From an uncultured delta proteobacterium (lineage in GTDB: Bacteria; Desulfobacterota; Syntrophia; Syntrophales; UBA2192): a stretch of DNA of 61,308 bases. The DNA is taken from assembly GCA_963705165.1 (NCBI GenBank), contig CAVPJD010000028.1, forward strand, positions 1 through 61,308, in the 5' to 3' direction. The notes under the pieces are model-generated. The model saw nothing but the letters and a program-made list of their open reading frames with translations. It searched no databases and was not told where the DNA came from. The translations under genes were made by a program, and so were the position numbers. Numbering within the stretch: the stretch's first letter is position 1; each line of letters begins with the position of its first letter. This document shows positions 59,743 to 61,308 of this stretch, in pieces.

Positions 59743-60792
59743 TTATAAAGCACAGGAGGGGAAAAGATTCAACCGGGAATTGCACGAAGGATCGAGTTTA
59801 TCCCACACCTCATGAGTTAATTTTTCTTCCGGCACAATCAGCAAGTCGCAAGGATGGTTAAAGCTATCCTGCATAGGCTCAAGTTTTTCGTGCTGGTTCT
59901 GAGGGATTCTGAAATAATGCGCACGATAGGGAATGAGATTCTTGAGCTGACAGAAAGAATAGGCCGAAGGGGAAAACTCACAGACAAGCACCGGCCTGTG
60001 ATCGGCCAATACGCAGGCAGCTCCCCTGAGCACATGGAGCTCGTATCCCTCCGTATCGATCTTGATCAGTGAGACCATTGATGGAGAGTCTTTCAGTGCA
60101 TCGTCGAGGGTTGTCACGTCTACAACCTGATTTCCCTGATCGCCCATGCGGGCCTTCCCGATATTGAAATCATCCTCGTCCACATGAAGGTGGCTTTCCC
60201 CGATAGAATCCCCCAGGGCTTTGTCCGACGCTACCACGTTCATGATTCCGTTCTCATTCAAGTTATCGATCAATTTTGCATAAACGGAAAGTCGAGGTTC
60301 GAATGAGAACACCGTACCCCGCAAGACACAGTCAGACAAGGCAAGAGTGTGTATTCCAAGGTTGGCTCCGACATCGACCGCAACCGAATCCGGTAATGCA
60401 AATATTCTGTAAATGCGAAAAAATGTCAGATTGTCGCTGAACCCCAGCAAGTAGACAATGCTGGAATTAATATCCCCTGTAGAGCAATGAATCCTCAGAT
60501 CGCCCACGCCGATCTCGGCTGCTCCCAATTCGAAAGATTTCAACGTTTTCGAAGCGAAGATGTCGCACTGAGCCTGAACGATAAAATCCATGAACCATCT
60601 TGACAAGAAACGACTGCGGGCAGAAACCTGTTCGACGCCATACCCTCTTCTGGCCCTTGCCATGATTTTTTCATGCTCTGCGGAATGCCTGCAAGTGTAT
60701 GCCGCTTTGACAAGCCGAAAAAAGTACGGCTTCGTCAAAATTTCGACGCTCTGCTTGATGCGTGATGTATAACGGGAATGTACCGTTCTCAT
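59743..60792 (-). CDS. FkbM family methyltransferase
   Basis: VDVGANLGIHT, FEP, TTLDD, IKIDTEGYE. Start uncertain (60663-60804). The 5' part of the 493 aa ORF overlaps the MraY-like gene and is not coding. Confidence 0.88.
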   Translation of the reverse strand: MRTVHSRYTSRIKQSVEILTKPYFFRLVKAAYTCRHSAEHEKIMARARRGYGVEQVSARSRFLSRWFMDFIVQAQCDIFASKTLKSFELGAAEIGVGDLRIHCSTGDINSSIVYLLGFSDNLTFFRIYRIFALPDSVAVDVGANLGIHTLALSDCVLRGTVFSFEPRLSVYAKLIDNLNENGIMNVVASDKALGDSIGESHLHVDEDDFNIGKARMGDQGNQVVDVTTLDDALKDSPSMVSLIKIDTEGYELHVLRGAACVLADHRPVLVCEFSPSAYSFCQLKNLIPYRAHYFRIPQNQHEKLEPMQDSFNHPCDLLIVPEEKLTHEVWDKLDPSCNSRLNLFPSCAL

Positions 60793-60866
60793 ATTCTTCC
60801 ACACCCGTCTTGCTTTTTTCCGACACGCGGGAAAATAATGAGCAACCCCGGACCCGGCCTCACCCG

Positions 60867-61308
60867 TTAGTGATGGCGCCTGCCCGAGTACTCGATGATC
60901 GAGATGATCACGGTGATGAGGAAGGCCTGGCCTACGAGCAGGATGCTGTCGATCGTGCGGGCGTTGCGCAGCGCGATGGCGCTGATCCCCAGGGTCGCGC
61001 AGAGAAAGTAGATGAACAGGACAACCTTTCGCTTGTCCTTGAGCAGCTCGTAGAGCCTGTGGTGCAGGTGGTCCTTCCCGACGTAGTCGATCCACTCGCG
61101 GAAGGAGCGGACCTTCCCCGTCATGATGCGCTCCACGGTGATGTAGGTCATGTCGAAGATGAGGATCCAGAAAATGAGCACGGGCGCCGAGAAGGAGACG
61201 ATCTCGTTGTTCGTGACGGCCCACTCGCCCTTGACGGCGATGGCCGCCAGGACAAAACCGATGAAGGTGCTCCCCGTGTCGCCCAGGAAGATGCCGGCCT
61301 CGCGCTTC
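60867..61308 (-). CDS. MraY/WecA-family undecaprenyl-phosphate glycosyl-1-phosphate transferase, 3' part (truncated by window edge)
   Basis: IFLGDTGS.F.G, IFD, DHLHHRL. Confidence 0.9.
   Translation of the reverse strand, partial: KREAGIFLGDTGSTFIGFVLAAIAVKGEWAVTNNEIVSFSAPVLIFWILIFDMTYITVERIMTGKVRSFREWIDYVGKDHLHHRLYELLKDKRKVVLFIYFLCATLGISAIALRNARTIDSILLVGQAFLITVIISIIEYSGRRHH

Noticed and set aside
59743..61224. 493 aa ORF as an MraY-FkbM fusion
   Set aside because: Its 5' part is an off-frame reading of the MraY-like gene, which has its own stop at 60867.

Overview
A 61.3 kb GC-rich chromosomal segment. Gene content and order point to a Desulfobacterota (Syntrophales-like deltaproteobacterial) genome; this is an inference. 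Conserved blocks lie at both ends: sirC-ccsA-hemA-hemC and prmA-rsmE-RDD-tRNA-Phe on the left, and ctpA-yibQ-TPR-lipoprotein, tolQRAB-pal-cpoB, pyrR-pyrB-pyrC-recO and glyQS on the right. Between them is a ~34 kb accessory stretch that starts at tRNA-Phe. Main observations: (1) the tRNA-Phe 3' end recurs twice downstream (7762, ~11485) and delimits two compact gene cassettes with no integrase (RelBE plus an unknown gene; a two-component system plus a B12 radical SAM enzyme). (2) Many intergenic gaps hold long hairpins or arrays of degenerate 7-, 8- or 9-mer tandem repeats, alongside nested REP-like elements. (3) hemC has no ATG/GTG/TTG start ahead of its conserved N-terminus and appears to begin at ATC. 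(4) Two PEP-CTERM genes share a sigma-54 promoter and a TGTAA-N7-CGACA enhancer motif. (5) A PyrR attenuator precedes pyrRBC. (6) Seven accessory genes carry single-base frameshifts in short homopolymers, probably sequencing or assembly error, possibly decay. No CRISPR array, integrase, transposase or rRNA was seen. All family assignments come from motif recognition by eye, not from database searches.
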